From the NCBI RefSeq assembly GCF_009834535.1, contig NC_045706.1:1798001-1862000 (forward strand): a DNA stretch of 64,000 nt, in the 5' to 3' direction. Source of the DNA: Camelus ferus (taxonomy: Eukaryota). The notes beneath the pieces were generated by a model that was not told the DNA's origin, searched no databases, and was given only the letters and a program-made list of their open reading frames with translations. This document shows, in pieces, positions 10,406 through 22,918 of the stretch. The translations under genes were made by a program, and so were the position numbers. Each line of letters begins with the position of its first letter. The stretch's first letter is position 1.

Positions 10406-10640
10406 CTGTCAATCAAAACCATTTCAGCCTTCAAACGCCTATCCTGTGCCTGGTCTCACCTGTCACTTAACTGACAGTGAACTGTTCAAACGTTTACACG
10501 TGGCCTGTCCACGCTGAGCGTCCACGGGGCAGAGACCACAGCGCCGTCTCCTCCCCGATCAGCACTCAGAACAGCTCCGAGAGTATGTCCCGGACGGGAG
10601 ACTCGGCGGCTGGAGGAGATGCAGGGACTTCTGTCAGTCA
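10406..10640. promoter_or_regulatory. Cluster of PBX-MEIS/PKNOX (TALE) motifs, candidate enhancer
   Basis: CTGTCAATCA at 10406-10415, inverted CTGTCA/TGACAG at 10460-10477, and CTGTCAGTCA at 10631-10640. Confidence 0.4.
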
Positions 10641-12934
10641 AGTAGGCTGACTTGTTACGATTACAGCGCGTCACACAAGAGCCCCCTCCCTGTTTATGCA
10701 GCAGGTAGCCAGCACGGTCTTTTCCTGTTGTGGCCGTGTAAGTACAGCCCGATGGACTGAAGGGGGGAGCAGTAGTGGCACATTTCCTCCGAGAGGCGTT
10801 ACTGCGTTTCCTTTCAGCTCCAGGTCCCCGTGCACAGCTGCGCAGCCTTATACTCGGGGGAGCGTGGGCGCTGGTGAGTCCTCCTCTAGCCACAGAAAGT
10901 GTCATCGGCTGCAGCTCATTTGCCTTCTCCCGGGGGAAAGCAGCAGTGCTCTGGGCCGTGCAACATCAGAGAGCGTTGCAGGCACAGAGCCGGAGGAGGA
11001 CCACGGCGCACACAGACGGTCCTGTGTTGTCCACGCCTGGGGCCCACTTTGAGTGCGGCTGGGAAGTCGCCCCACATCACCTGTCCCTGTGCACTCAGGG
11101 GTGGGCTGGGGAGGAGCCCGGACCCGCCAGGCCAGGTGTCCACGTCCCACTGGTCCCACTGTGAGGGGTGGAGGGAGGGCTGGGCGGGCAGAGGCTCAGA
11201 GCCAGGGGGTCTGGATCCCGGGAAGATGCGGCAAAGGGGAGCCCATCGCTTCAGGACAGAGAAGTAATTCCTGGTTGTCTAGAAATGAGCTGACGAAATG
11301 GTCCAGCCCCCACACAGCCCTGCCCACCGGCCCCAGGAAGCTCTCCTCTCTCCACTCCGGTCAGGTCGGCTGTCAGCACCGGCAGGACACACAGGGGTCT
11401 CCCCGGCGCTGCTGCAGTCTTGGGCGGCCCCTTGTCCCCTTCCTTGTGCCCCGTCTTTCGTGGGCAGCCTCTCTCATCTGTCTGTGCTGAGCCACAGAGA
11501 CAGTTTCCTGAGCAAACTGGTGTGGGGTCCAGGCTTGCAGGTGGACGGGTCCGAATCCTCTCCTCTGTCCCCAGTTGTATGGAGCACTTTGGGGTGAGAT
11601 GAAGTGATGACTGGGGACCAATGACAGTTTACAGTCAAAAGGCTCTTAGCGTCTGAGTCAGAGAGCAAGTTCTGGGGGTCTCACTCTCCCTCACACACGC
11701 GCACGCTGGCACACGCTGTCTGTCTGTCTGTCTCACCCGCCCCCTCCCCCCCACACACAGTTTCTGCGGCGCAGGGAGCAGCTCCCCAGCAGCAGACATC
11801 TCCGGTACTTCCTGTTGGTCCCCGAGGGGGCCCCCACGTTTCGCCGGTTGTACCTGCTGCTCACCCTCCCCTTTGCCTCCCCCCAGCTCACACTGCAGCC
11901 CAGCTCTGATTTCAGTGACAGCAGGAAACACGTCCACGGGACCGGAACAGCTCTGGGGACACCTAGGGTCATTCGTCCTTTTGTGGCCGTGACAAAGTTC
12001 TGGTGACGCCGCCTGGGGTCCAGCTGCTGCTGAGCCAAGGGCATCTTTTCCGGCTGCTGTTTACCGTTTCCTTGTATCGCTCAGCAATTGCCCCTAATTG
12101 TTAAGGTGATAAAAGCTCACTTGGGAAAAAACCGAGAGCCTAACTGAGAAATGAAAGTTCCCCGCAACCCCTCTGCCCCACATGGACTACGGAAGCCTCG
12201 CCAGCGTTTGCTCGCGGTGTAGACAGCGCTTGAGGGCTGCGTGTGGCTTCAGCCCCTGCCGGTCCCCTTTCCTTCCTTACTGCTGTGGACCACCGGCTGC
12301 TGGAGGAAACCCGTGCAGACGGCCCTGTCACCCCCCAAAATACGGAGCCAGCCTGGTCTCAGTCCTTGACCCTTCCGCCTCAGTGTGCACAGCCGCCCAA
12401 GCTGATGGGCGCAACCTCCAATACGCCGCCCCGTCTCCTGGCTCAGCTGTCGGCTCCGTGGCGTTACCCCCAGTCTCTGCCTCCTCCGTCCTGACGTCTA
12501 CGCGACACTCCCACCTGTGCGTTCAGTAAACACCTCCCACTGAGCAGACCCCAGCTGTGCCCACATGTCCCGACAGGTCCATCAGACAAGCTGTCATGTT
12601 TGTCGTCGTCCTTCTTCTCAAGGCAGCATCTGAGGGGACACGAGCAGAGCGAGGACGCACGGTGTGCGGGTGGAGGGCACGTGAAGGACAGCGGCTGGGG
12701 CAGACGGCAGGGACACCGGTGGCCGGTCAGGCATCCTTTGGTTGTAGTTTTGTGGTCACGGAGGCTGCGCCCTGTTCCTGGAGAGGATGTGCAGCCTTTG
12801 ATAAGAGGTCCGCGGCCTAACAGAGAAGGGCGTGCGCTTGCGCCCAAACCATCTGCTCTGCATTCATTATGTGTGTGCTGTTGTCATTTCCCACGTGTTG
12901 TGGAATTACAACGTCCGTTACAGGTTCACTTGTA

Positions 12935-13820
12935 CTTGTAAAGGGGTGTATGCAAGATACATAACCCAGTTAATAAAGGACCTGATAGACATTCTCCAAA
13001 GAAGAGAAGCAAATGGCCAGTAAACACGTGGAAGACGCTCCACCGCATTAGTCATCGAGAAATGCAAATCAAAACCACGATGAAATTCCACTGCATGCTG
13101 ACGGCTCGGCTAAAATAAGAAGAGGGACAATGGCAGGTGCTGGTGGAAATGGGGAGGAATTGGAAGCCTCGTACACCGCTGGTGGGAATGCCAAGTGGTG
13201 CAGCTGCGCTGGGAAACAGGCGCGCGGTTCCTCGAGTGCGCAGATGTAGAATGACCGTGAGACTCAGCAAGTCCGCCCCAGGCATGCACTCACGAGAAAT
13301 GAAAACGTATGTCCATGCAAAAACGTGTACACAGTTGTTCACGGCGGCGTTATTCATAACGGCCCCAATGCAGAAGCTGCCCAGATGTTCAGCGGCTGAG
13401 GAGCGGGAAAATTAGGTGCAGTCTCCCCAACGACGGAATATTAGCAATAAAAGGACCGAACCCGGACAGGGGCTGAGACACGGATGAGCTTTGAAAACAT
13501 CGCGTTTGTGAAGGAAGCCGGTCACGGAACCGTGTATTTCTATGATTCCATTTCTATGAAGCGTCCGGAACGTGCAAATCCACAGCGACAGGACGCAGAC
13601 AAGTAGCTGCTTAGGGTGAGGGCGGGAGCAGGAGGCCCAGGTGGAAAAAGGAGTTGATGGCTGGTTGTCTGGGGTTTGTTTTTGGGGTGATGAAATATTC
13701 TACGATTGGTTGTGGTGATGGCTGCACAGCTCTGTGCATCTAGTTAAAAACCATCCTTTCGGACACTTCAAGCGGGTGAATCGTATGGCCTGTGAATTTC
13801 AGCTCAATAAAGCTGTTGCA
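12935..13820 (+). mobile_element. L1MB-like LINE-1 3' fragment (end of ORF2 plus 3' UTR)
   Basis: Contains gaaatgcaaatcaaaaccacgatga and gaaatgaaaacgtatgtccatgcaaaaac, and ends gtgaatcgtatggcctgtgaatttcagctcaataaagctgtt. Confidence 0.85.
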
Positions 13821-15000
13821 GCAAAACAACTTCACGGCCGGCCCCATTTCACTCCCCCTCCAGGGTCAGCTCTGCGGGGAGGCATGGAGCCCACCTCCTT
13901 CCTGCCACTGCCGGCTCTGTGCCTGCAGGCCGGCGGCACCGCCTGGTGGAGGGGATCGACTCTGGGAAGCTCTGGGCAGCCAGCTGTCCCCGGTCTCTAA
14001 ACCCCCCCGTCTGCCCCCTGTCTTGGGAAGGAGGATGCACATGAAATGTGGCCCCACGGGGCTACAGAGGTAGCAGGCGCCCCAGGGCGCTAGGGGCGTG
14101 GTTCCTTCTGCTGCGCGGATGCCTTCAGGAACAGCTGGATCCAGGCGCTCCCAGCCGTGGGACGGTCTTCACTTCAGTAGCCCTTCAGGTGGGAGGCCTC
14201 ACACTCTTCAGATGCATCTCCTCACACGGGAGCCAGGACAAGGGAGCGTCTTCATCTTTCTTACTCGTTTTAAAGATGATGGGGATCAGAGAACTCGGCA
14301 TGTCTGTCCAGAATCCATCACGTCTCCTCTGGTTTGCTCAGTAACTCACACAGGTCTGAGTGTGTGCAAATGCTTATGCGGTTGTGTGCTGGGGGGTGTG
14401 TGTGAGTGTGTGGGCATGTGGCTCAGGCTGAGGCAGAGGGCCAGGTGACAGTGCCGGTGCTGGCGAGGGTGGGGGGAGGCAGCTTTCAGGAGCGTATCTG
14501 AGAACCATTTGGAAAACAGTAAATGGCCCGGACCTGTGGGTCCATCCAGGGTGGACGATGCAGTGAGGGAAGTCAGGAAGTTCTGCCCTAAACTCTCCTC
14601 TGTGATGTGTCCTCGTCCGTGGGGATCTTTTCATCATTTTTCTCCTATCTTGTCCTTCTCATCAAGTGAGAAACTCCTCTGCCACAGAAACCTTATCTTC
14701 TTCCCGCGCGCCAGGGGCTCACCCGGGGGGCTGCAGGTGTGCGAGGTCATTTAAGGAAGGGGCTCCTGTGGGGACAAGAGGGTAAACAGGCCGTGTCTGG
14801 TTGCCGCACCGGTCTGCGTGCACGCGTCTCAAAATGCGGAATAATAAGAACTCGCAGGTGTAATTTGTTATCCAATATGTAATCATTTCTAGTAATTAAT
14901 TGAAACAAATTACACACCTGAGGGAATTTGCTCCTGCCCAGCACGAACGTGCCTGTAGGTGCGGCATCCAGTGACAATGCGCCTGTTGCTGCGCGTGGGG

Positions 15001-15042
15001 TGTGTGTGTGCGTGTGTGTGTGTGTGCGTGTGTGTGTGTGTG
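15001..15042 (+). repeat. (TG)n microsatellite with CG interruptions
   Basis: tgtgtgtgtgcgtgtgtgtgtgtgtgcgtgtgtgtgtgtg seen directly. Confidence 0.9.
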
Positions 15043-15108
15043 AGCGGGTGCACAGCTCCTCTCCACGTCTCTACTGGAGATGGTGCTGGGCTTCATCCCT
15101 GCGCAGTG

Positions 15109-15315
15109 TTTTTTTTTTAAACAAGTTGATTTTATTTATTCATTTTTTAATGCGGTCAGTTGACTTTTCCTTTTTTTTTTTTTTTTTTAGAAATTTTTAC
15201 CCATTTTATTTATTTAATTATTTTTTATTTTATTTGTTTTAACGGAGGCACTGGGGATTGAACCCGGGCCCCTGTGCATGTGAAGCGTCCGCACTACCCC
15301 TGAGCTGTGCCCCCC
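15109..15315 (-). mobile_element. tRNA-derived camelid SINE (Vic-1-like) with long T-rich tail
   Basis: ggaggcactggggattgaacccgggcccctgtgcatg...cccctgagctgtgcccccc is the reverse complement of the SINE head and is preceded by a poly-T-rich tail. Confidence 0.88.
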
Positions 15316-18300
15316 ATCACAGGGCTGAATGAACTCAGGTGCCAGCCTCTCTACACCTCCGTGAACTTGGGGATTCTTGGAGCCCAGGCACCTGAGGGGC
15401 CTGGGAAGGGCTTTGCCATCTGTGTTTGAACACGGAGCACTGGGGACCCTGTCCCCGGAGCACGTCGCTCCAGGTGCAGACTAAGGGTGCCCACTGCCTG
15501 CCGTGCTCAGAGCGGATGAGGGCATCTCACCCCCCCGGTAGTCCCGCCCGAGGGGCAGGTGACCCCAGTTTTCTCCTCTGGACCAAGCCCCTTGCCTTTG
15601 CTGTGACTTCTGTCACACCCCTGGGTGGCCCCTGGGTTCTGGCGCATGCAGGCAGGGACAGCCACAAGGAGGAGCCCTCTGCAGGGTCAGGGTGCAGGAG
15701 GGAGAGGAGGGGGTGTCACGGCCCCCAGCTTTCTGCTTCCCGCTGCCCCTCCTGCAGCTGGTGAGGTCCCGCCTCCCTCTGCCTGGTTTGCCCGCTTTCC
15801 CACAGCCGGGCAGGCACACGCGGCGGTGTTCCGCTCCAGCCCCACTGTTCCCAGCCTGCTCACCGCCCCCCCCCCCGGCTCCAGCATCTGGTCCTGGCCT
15901 GGCATGTGGCCCGCTCCCCTCTCCAGCCCCCGCCTTCCCTCCAGGCCCAGCACTCCCCGCAGCCCTTGGGAGCCCCAGGCGTCTCTCCACGGAGGTCCCG
16001 GCCAGCTCTTGCTCATCCTTGAACCCTCAGCTGGCGTCGCCCCAGAAAGCCTCCCCGAGTGCACCTGCATGTGGGGCACCTGCTCGTCTGTCACCGTCCA
16101 TTCACGCGGTGCCCACCCCCACTAGACTGTGAGCGAGCCCGCGAGGGCCTGGATACACCGTGACCCTCCCTCTCGCCCCCGGACAGCCGAGTACCCCACG
16201 GCGGTCCACCAGTGCTCGGTCCAGGATGAAATCCTGCCTGGTGGCAGCAGCACCCCTCCCCGCTGTGACCCTGGGGGCGAAGGTGTCAGAGTCAGGAGAT
16301 GTGTGATGCTCCAGGGTGATGCAGACAGCCAGCGACCCTCTGCCCGCACACCTGCCCGCAGAGCGACCTCTGCTGCCCAGACCAGGTCTCCAGTCCAGCC
16401 TCCCCTCAGCCCCGCTGCACTTGGCTCCCTTCTCGGGTGAAAGCAGCCTGTGCGCATTTCCCAAACGTGTACGGCGCCCGCTGCATCCCTGCCGCCAACG
16501 CAGACCTGGACCAGCTCCGTATTAGGACAGGATGTTAACTCTTAACCAGAGTGAATCACGCCAGGCCCTTTGGGCGGCCCCACCTCTGGTCTGAGCCGTC
16601 ACCGTTTGAGACGCAGGAGGACTTGTCCGCGAGGCATGTGGTTTTCTGGGAGGGTCACGAGCGGCTGACTTCGCCGTGTCTCAGCTGCTGCGCCTGGAGA
16701 GCTGTGCCTTCGTGGAGAGAGAACGCAGACGGAGGAGAAGATCCCATGGACGGAAGTGGATGCTTTATTGGCGAAATTACTTACGACACTTAGGAAGCTA
16801 AAGCCGTTGTAAACCTCTCAGGTTTTTTTTTTTTAAATTTATTACTTTAAACCTATTAACAAGCTATGATGTTGGCTGTTATTTCCAAAAATAATTAATC
16901 ATAGACGAACTCAGAGAACCCCGAAGAGGTTAAGCCGGCGGCACCGCCTGATGGATTAAAGGCTGTAATTAATATCACTCCCGCAGCCTCCTTCCACTGG
17001 CCTCTGTAATTATGTCTCACCGACGCTTTCTCCAGCGCGTGGCGGGTCGCAGTGCCCTGCTCCACACACCAAAGAGGCCCCTTCGAGGAAGCATGAGGTC
17101 CTGCTGGCCTTTCGTGGTGCAGATCCATCCCTGAGGAATTCCGGTTCCCTGATGGGAAGGTCGTGACTGAAGTCAGGCTCATTTCCCAGCAGCCTACCCC
17201 GGGGTCCGGGCGCGGGTGACAGTGATGCTGTCTCCGAGGCTGGGGCTTGGCTTTTTCCAGGCGCCACCAGAACTGCCCTGAATGGGGTTTCTCTCTACCG
17301 GGTGCTCCTGCAGGCCCTGCCTCTTCCCATAATCACCGCAGCTCCTCCTGCTGCCCCAAGGCAAACACCGGCCCCACCTGTGCTCACGGGATGGGAGATG
17401 TGCCGGGTCTTTCGTGATCCCCCGCCCACCAGGGGAACGGCATCGCACTCCAGGCAGCAGCTGAGCGGGGTCGGGGGGGGGGGGGTGCTGGGGACACCCA
17501 GGCCCTTTAAGTCCATGGTGCTACTGAAGTCACACAGTTGACCGTGTCCAGAGGGAAAGCAAATTCAGATTGCACCATGATTTCAATGGCCATGAGCTGG
17601 AGGAATCCCGTCCCGGCTGGTCACTTGACCAGAACCCGTCAAGGACATCCCGCCACACCCAGGACGTCCCAACACTGAGGTCCCGGCAAGGCCGGCAGGG
17701 ACACAACGTCGTGTGCGAGGGGGCCACTGTCTGCCCTAAATGTCCCCCTGACCCCAGGTGGTGAGTCTGTGAGACACTACTCTTGAATCCTTTCCCCACC
17801 ACACCTTAAATCCTCTCTGTGGGCTGCTGAGAGTGCCCGCCCTCAAGTGCCCCCGGGCCGCACCGCCCACTCTGCATGGTTCACCCCCTGGGGCTGCCCG
17901 ATGGGGACTCGCCCCTCACTCGCTCCTGGGCGCGCACCCTGCCCCGCGTGTGCCTGTCGTGTGGTGTGATGCGTCTGGCACCTCAGCTCTGCGCCACTTC
18001 CCGAGGCTCTAACTTCACAGGTCTTCACATTTACTTTCACTCATGCATCTTACGCACTGGAACAGAAGACCAAGAGGGAAAGTGAGGGTCTCGTGCTCCA
18101 GGGACGCGCGCCCCACCCCAGAGCCCGCTTCCTTGGACGGCTAGTACTTTTATGTTTTTGTTTTTGTTTTTTTTTTAAATTTTCATCAGTTAACTTTTCC
18201 ATTGTAACCAGGCTGTTGATGTTTTCGTTTCTTGATTTGTCGGCTTTAGACAATGGCTGTTGACGTCTCAGGAAAAGTGAGGAATGGTCCGAATCCTCTC

Positions 18301-19049
18301 TGGCCGCATGATGGGAGAGTGAGCTTTTGCTGACAAAGCAACCCTCCCAGCGCACCACCCCGGGCAGGGGGCCAGCGGGATGGCCACCTATTTAATGCGT
18401 GATCTGGCAGATCAGCAGTTTGCGCTGAGTCGAGGCGGCGGTCCTCTCCCTGGTGTAACACTCTTGAAAGCTCTGTGGGTTTTCTGTGCATCGGATTTGA
18501 CAAAAGCCACACCCACGCGCTTTGCGGAGACGCAGCCGTCAGCGGCGGCAGGACGGGCCTTCTGCAGGCTTTCAGCGGCCAGAGTCCTCAGCGGCCTTTT
18601 CCCCAGCTGCTGACGCCAGCCCGAACCATTCGGAGGCCTTACCGAAGTCTTTTATGGGAGCTGGTTTTACTCGGTTTGGGGCCCAGGCCCCACTGCACTT
18701 TGAGGATCACTTGCAGCTGGGGCCTTGGGGTGAGAAACAGGTTCCTTTCTTCCAACTCTGCACGTCTGGGCCCCTCTCAATTCTACTTGCAAACGGAACA
18801 AACCTTTCTTCAGCTCGTCTTGCCCGTCTCCTGCCTCGTCACCAGCAGACCACAGCAGCTGACTGACGCCTGCAGCCTTTTGCCTGGAAATCATCTTCCC
18901 AGCTCAGCGACTCTGCTCACTGAGTGTATCTTCCACCTTCCAAGTGAGCACAGGCAGTGGCCTTGCTGACGGTTCCCACGTTCCATAAACGGGACCCAGC
19001 GTCCCCATGTAAATGCCACGCTTTGTAGGTTTTTGCCTTGGGAGCCCTT

Positions 19050-19500
19050 TCTGTACAGCTCTCTGTGACAGTCACACACTGCCACGTGACCAACCACTCC
19101 AGAACCTAGTGGCTTAAACAACCGGGGTTATTTAGCTCATGATGCCCCGGATCAGCACTTGGGGCCACGCTCTGCTGGGTGGTACTTCTGTGGCTCCCAG
19201 CTGGTCCCCCGTGCATCACCATCAGCTGTCATTTTGCCCCCTGGCTGGCTGATCCAGGCGGTATTAACCACACGCCTGTCTGCCGACTTCAGCAGGAAGA
19301 AAGGGGGTCAGGCCACGTGCCCCTCCTTCCTGAGGCCACGCTTTCCATGTGGAGGTCATGGGATTCTAGGCATAGCGAGACAGGGGAGACAACATGCGAG
19401 CAGTTTTCAGGTGTCTGCCCGAGTCACATTGGCTTCTGTCCCACTGGCGAGGCAGATACGATGGTCCAGGCGAGGGCCAGTACGGGTGGCCTTCCAAGGC
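19050..19500 (-). mobile_element. MLT1 (MaLR) LTR remnant
   Basis: ccactccagaacctagtggcttaaacaac and cacattggcttctgtcccactggcgagg resemble reverse-strand MLT1 motifs. Confidence 0.65.
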
Positions 19501-20299
19501 ACTCGGACCCGGGGCAGTGTGAGCAAACAGGGGTCTGTCACCACACAGCCTCCCTGAGAGCTGGGCTCAGCCACACAGGCCCTCACCGTGACGCCGTGTC
19601 TTCTCAAATATTCCAAACTAAATACTCTCTCAATAAAGCATGGGTAAATAAAACACTTCAACTTCTCATTCTTTTCCCATAAGGTGCTGAGTTTCTTCCC
19701 TAACGTGGTGACTCTCTCTTTTACAGCATGGGGAGACCAGCTCCCGGACTTCCCTCGCAGCCCGCCTTTGGGGAAGCTGCACTTTTCTAGGCCAGGGGTG
19801 CTGATGATGGTGGCCTCGCCCACGGGCACCGCTGGGGCTCTCTGGCTTCCTCCACAGGCTGGCTCTGCAAGTTGACAAATAAGTAGATAAGTAAAAAGTT
19901 GTCACTGTTACAGTCAGGAAGATGACGTTCCACAGGGAGTCCCCACCCCCGGGACGATGTGTCGTCCTCAGAGCCCGACGGACACACAGACACGTCTCTC
20001 ATGGCTCGTGCTCGCGCCAGATGAAGCCATGGCTTCCTCCGTGTCTCGGCTTGGCTGCCCCGCCGTTCCTTGTTCTTCACTCTCACATGTGGCCAGTGTC
20101 TTTCTCACATTCCTCACTGTACTTTTCTATCCTGTTTTTCTTCTTTTTCCCGGAGGCACGTCCTTCCTCAAAGCGCCTGTCTTTCTGATTCTCTTCCTCT
20201 CGGCAGTTCCCTCCCACGGGGAGGCTGGGCCTCCGTGTCAGCGCCCCGCTGGCACTGAGCCACCGCATTTGGTGTCTTCTCCTTCCCTCGTTCACAGCC

Positions 20300-20690
20300 A
20301 CACTTTCCTGGAGCATCTCCTAAGATAACATCTGATTTCTTTGATGTTTACAATTCTCGTTTGTCTGCAAACTTGACTGACATGTTGCCTATTATACAAT
20401 GATTTGCTTGAATTGCTTTTCTCCGAATTTTTGAAGACATTGTTCTGATATCTCCTAAAACCTGAGCTCGCAAAGGGAAGGTGTCTTCCAGCCGGTGTTA
20501 CTTTAGAGGAGACTTGTGTTTTCTTTGTGGAAAAATACTACAGTCATGCTTTCACGTTTATCTTTGATGTTTACTGATTCTCTGATGACGTCTACACATT
20601 TTAAAAGTATCAGTTTTGTGGAAAATTCTATGAACTTTTTCGATACAGAGAGTCATGTTCTTCGTTGCCTCTGGGAAATTCTCCTGTTTC
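20300..20690 (-). mobile_element. HAL1/old L1 ORF1 remnant
   Basis: Minus-strand translation across frameshifts gives QENFPEATKNMTLCIEKVHR / NIKDKRE / KKTQVSSK / RRYQNNVFK, collinear with recalled L1/HAL1 ORF1p (QENFPELKDMSFQIERAHR...KKQVTYK...RRQWSNAFK). Confidence 0.65.
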
Positions 20691-20734
20691 CAGGTACAAG
20701 CACAGGAGCACATTCACACACGTGCAGTTCATAT

Positions 20735-21065
20735 ACGCTCTGCGCTGCTGCATTTATGCTATATGCTATGCGCAGTGCAAAGTAGTGCGCTGTGTTCTAT
20801 GTAGCATAATAGCCAATGCGCGTTGGGCGTGGTGTAGTAGAGACGGTCTGTCCCACGTAACCGCCCCGCTTCTGCGTGTCTGGGCTGTGTCTGGGCTCCC
20901 TGTCAGGGGGCGCTGCCAGCACCTGCCCCGCCCCCGCTGCCCCGCCCCTAGCCCCGCTCTCTGCTGCCCCGCCCTCCCCTGCCCCGCCCCTAACCCCGCC
21001 CCCACTGCCCCGCCCTCCCCTGCCCCGCCCCTAACCCCGCCCTCCGCTCAGCTCTCCGCTTTATC
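20735..21065 (+). repeat. Compound decayed pentanucleotide tract ending in a C-rich GC-box array with a 41-bp duplication
   Basis: A 5-bp periodicity runs from tatgc/tagtg-like units to ccccg/ccctg units. ctgccccgccctcccctgccccgcccctaaccccgccc occurs at 20964 and again at 21005. Confidence 0.75.
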
Positions 21066-21579
21066 AGCCCCCACCTCCTGGGTGACGCCTTCTCTCTGAG
21101 CACCTTAGTCCGTCTCTGTCTTGCTGCCACCTCTCCTCGTGTTTCCCTCCTGCTCTTTCCTGGTTGAGGAGAAGACGTGGGCGTGGCTGTGGGTCTCCTC
21201 TGCTCTGCAGGAGGGGGCACCAGAGCCTCTTGGGTCTCAGCCGAGTGACCCAATGCCTCTGCGTCCCCCTGACCAGGGACCCTGGGCCATGGCTCCTCTG
21301 CCCCTCACCTCCCTGAAGCCTGTGGCATCTCCCCTGGTAGTGACGTCCCTCTGCTCCCCCTCCCGTGAGCTCTTCGCCTTCTTGGTTCTGTGTTTGTGTG
21401 TTGGGAAGGGATGAGGCGGCCATCGCACCTCCATGATCTTTAGGCGTCAGGACGTGTGTGAGTGTTTAAGAACGTTTGATTACTGTCCTCCCACAAGGCT
21501 GGCATCCACAGGGCGGGGCTGGGCTTGTGCCCACTGTCACATCTCCGCACCTCACACTGGGCCTGGCCTCAGGGACAGA

Positions 21580-21730
21580 CCTTCATTCGTTCATTCAGCA
21601 GGTGCTCATCGAGTTCTTACCGCTGCCAGGGGTTGAGATGGTCAGTTTATGAAAGAGGCAAAAAGTCCCTGCTCTCAGGGCGCTTCCAGGTCAGACAGAG
21701 GACGCAGACGGCAGGCAGTAAGTCAGCTCC
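21580..21730 (-). mobile_element. L2 3' terminal fragment
   Basis: ttcattcgttcattcagcagg...aaaaagtccctgctctcagggcgctt is a typical antisense L2 tail. Confidence 0.65.
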
Positions 21731-22904
21731 TTAAATGCCTTCAGTAAAGGAATGAAGGGGGACAGCGCAGGGGTAGGAGGGGACCTTTCCCAACTCCCGT
21801 ACGGGTGACAAAGTACCGGCAACCGGAGGAGGACGCAGACGTGGGGCCACACGGTGAGGGCGCTGTCCCGGGGGCCCGACCCCCAGCTTCGTCCACCTCT
21901 GTGCCCAGAACTGGTGTGAAAGGCGACTGTGCTCCTGAAACAAGGTCTCTGCATAGAATGAAAGTCGGGGGTGACGTGGTGTGGCCGATCCCGTCCCAGC
22001 ACAAGGACAGGTGGTGATTCTGGTCCAGGGAGAGGCTCTTCCCCCGACCCCCGTTCCCATTTCCCACCTGGCTGGCATCGCAGTCCTCTGTATTCTGGGG
22101 AGCTTTATGGGCCCCCATTGTAGAGGCCACGAGGCGCCCTGGAAGGGTCCTGGCTCTGCCCCGAGCTGGTGCAGGGGTCTGTGCAGATCAGGAAGTGACC
22201 ACAATCTCCTTCGTGCAGGAGCTGGGGCCGAAAGTCAAGTGGCATGATTTCCACAGCGCCGGGAGCGATTTCCTCCCCGGGCACCTGGCGTCCCGGTCTT
22301 CAAGGTCAATCCCATAAAACCTTCTCTGCTTCTGCTGCTCCGCTGGCCTCTGGTTACTGTTCCCTCGGCAGCTGGGTTCTGAGTAGCGGAGGCGCTGGGC
22401 ATCCCTGCAGACAGGAATCTCTGACCTGTGGTGTGTCCGAAAGCTGTCTGATTATCACCAGGGTTGTTTCCACCGTTGGACCACTTGTCCAAATCTGCAA
22501 AAGCTTTCTTTCGAGGTAATAAGTAAGCAAGATAACAGGGGAGCATGTTCTTTGTTCGACATGTCTTTATTTGGGGAGACAAGACGTACAGCTGACATCT
22601 CATTCTCGTTGTCGCTCCGGGTGTCCTGCATGTCTTCGGTGGGCATCCCCGTATCAGCACATCTTTGGTTCCCATATCAGCAAGCAGCTTATGGACTGTT
22701 ACTTATTTTTTATGTCTGATAAAGACTGCATTCAAGTGAAGGTGTGGAATTACATTTCAAAAAGGGGGCTGCAGATATGACTTTGTCTCTACTGAGAGTG
22801 AAACAGTCTGTCCCAGCTCAGCTCCGTGCTGCACCACGTCCCAGCTGCGTGGTTCCTGCGGCCTCAGGGGACTGTTTTTTTGGGAAAAGGGCTCTGCTTG
22901 CTTA

Positions 22905-22918
22905 ACAGCAGGTGGCAG
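22905..22918 (+). promoter_or_regulatory. Candidate CTCF motif
   Basis: ACAGCAGGTGGCAG has one mismatch to CCASYAGRKGGCRS. Confidence 0.3.

Noticed and set aside
17505-17525. REST/RE1-like gtccatggtgct
   Set aside because: Both flanks of the 21-bp RE1 consensus mismatch, leaving only a partial core.
17538-17760. Exon-like segment ending in a gtgagt donor
   Set aside because: Poor polypyrimidine tract and no recognisable peptide in any frame.
20988-21040. Telomere-like CCCTAACCC
   Set aside because: Only two isolated copies, explained by the 41-bp duplication; not an interstitial telomeric array.
22400-22730. Coding-looking, lower-GC stretch (possible processed pseudogene)
   Set aside because: No frame matched a protein I recognise, and there is no poly-A tail or TSD. 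A tblastn search would settle it.
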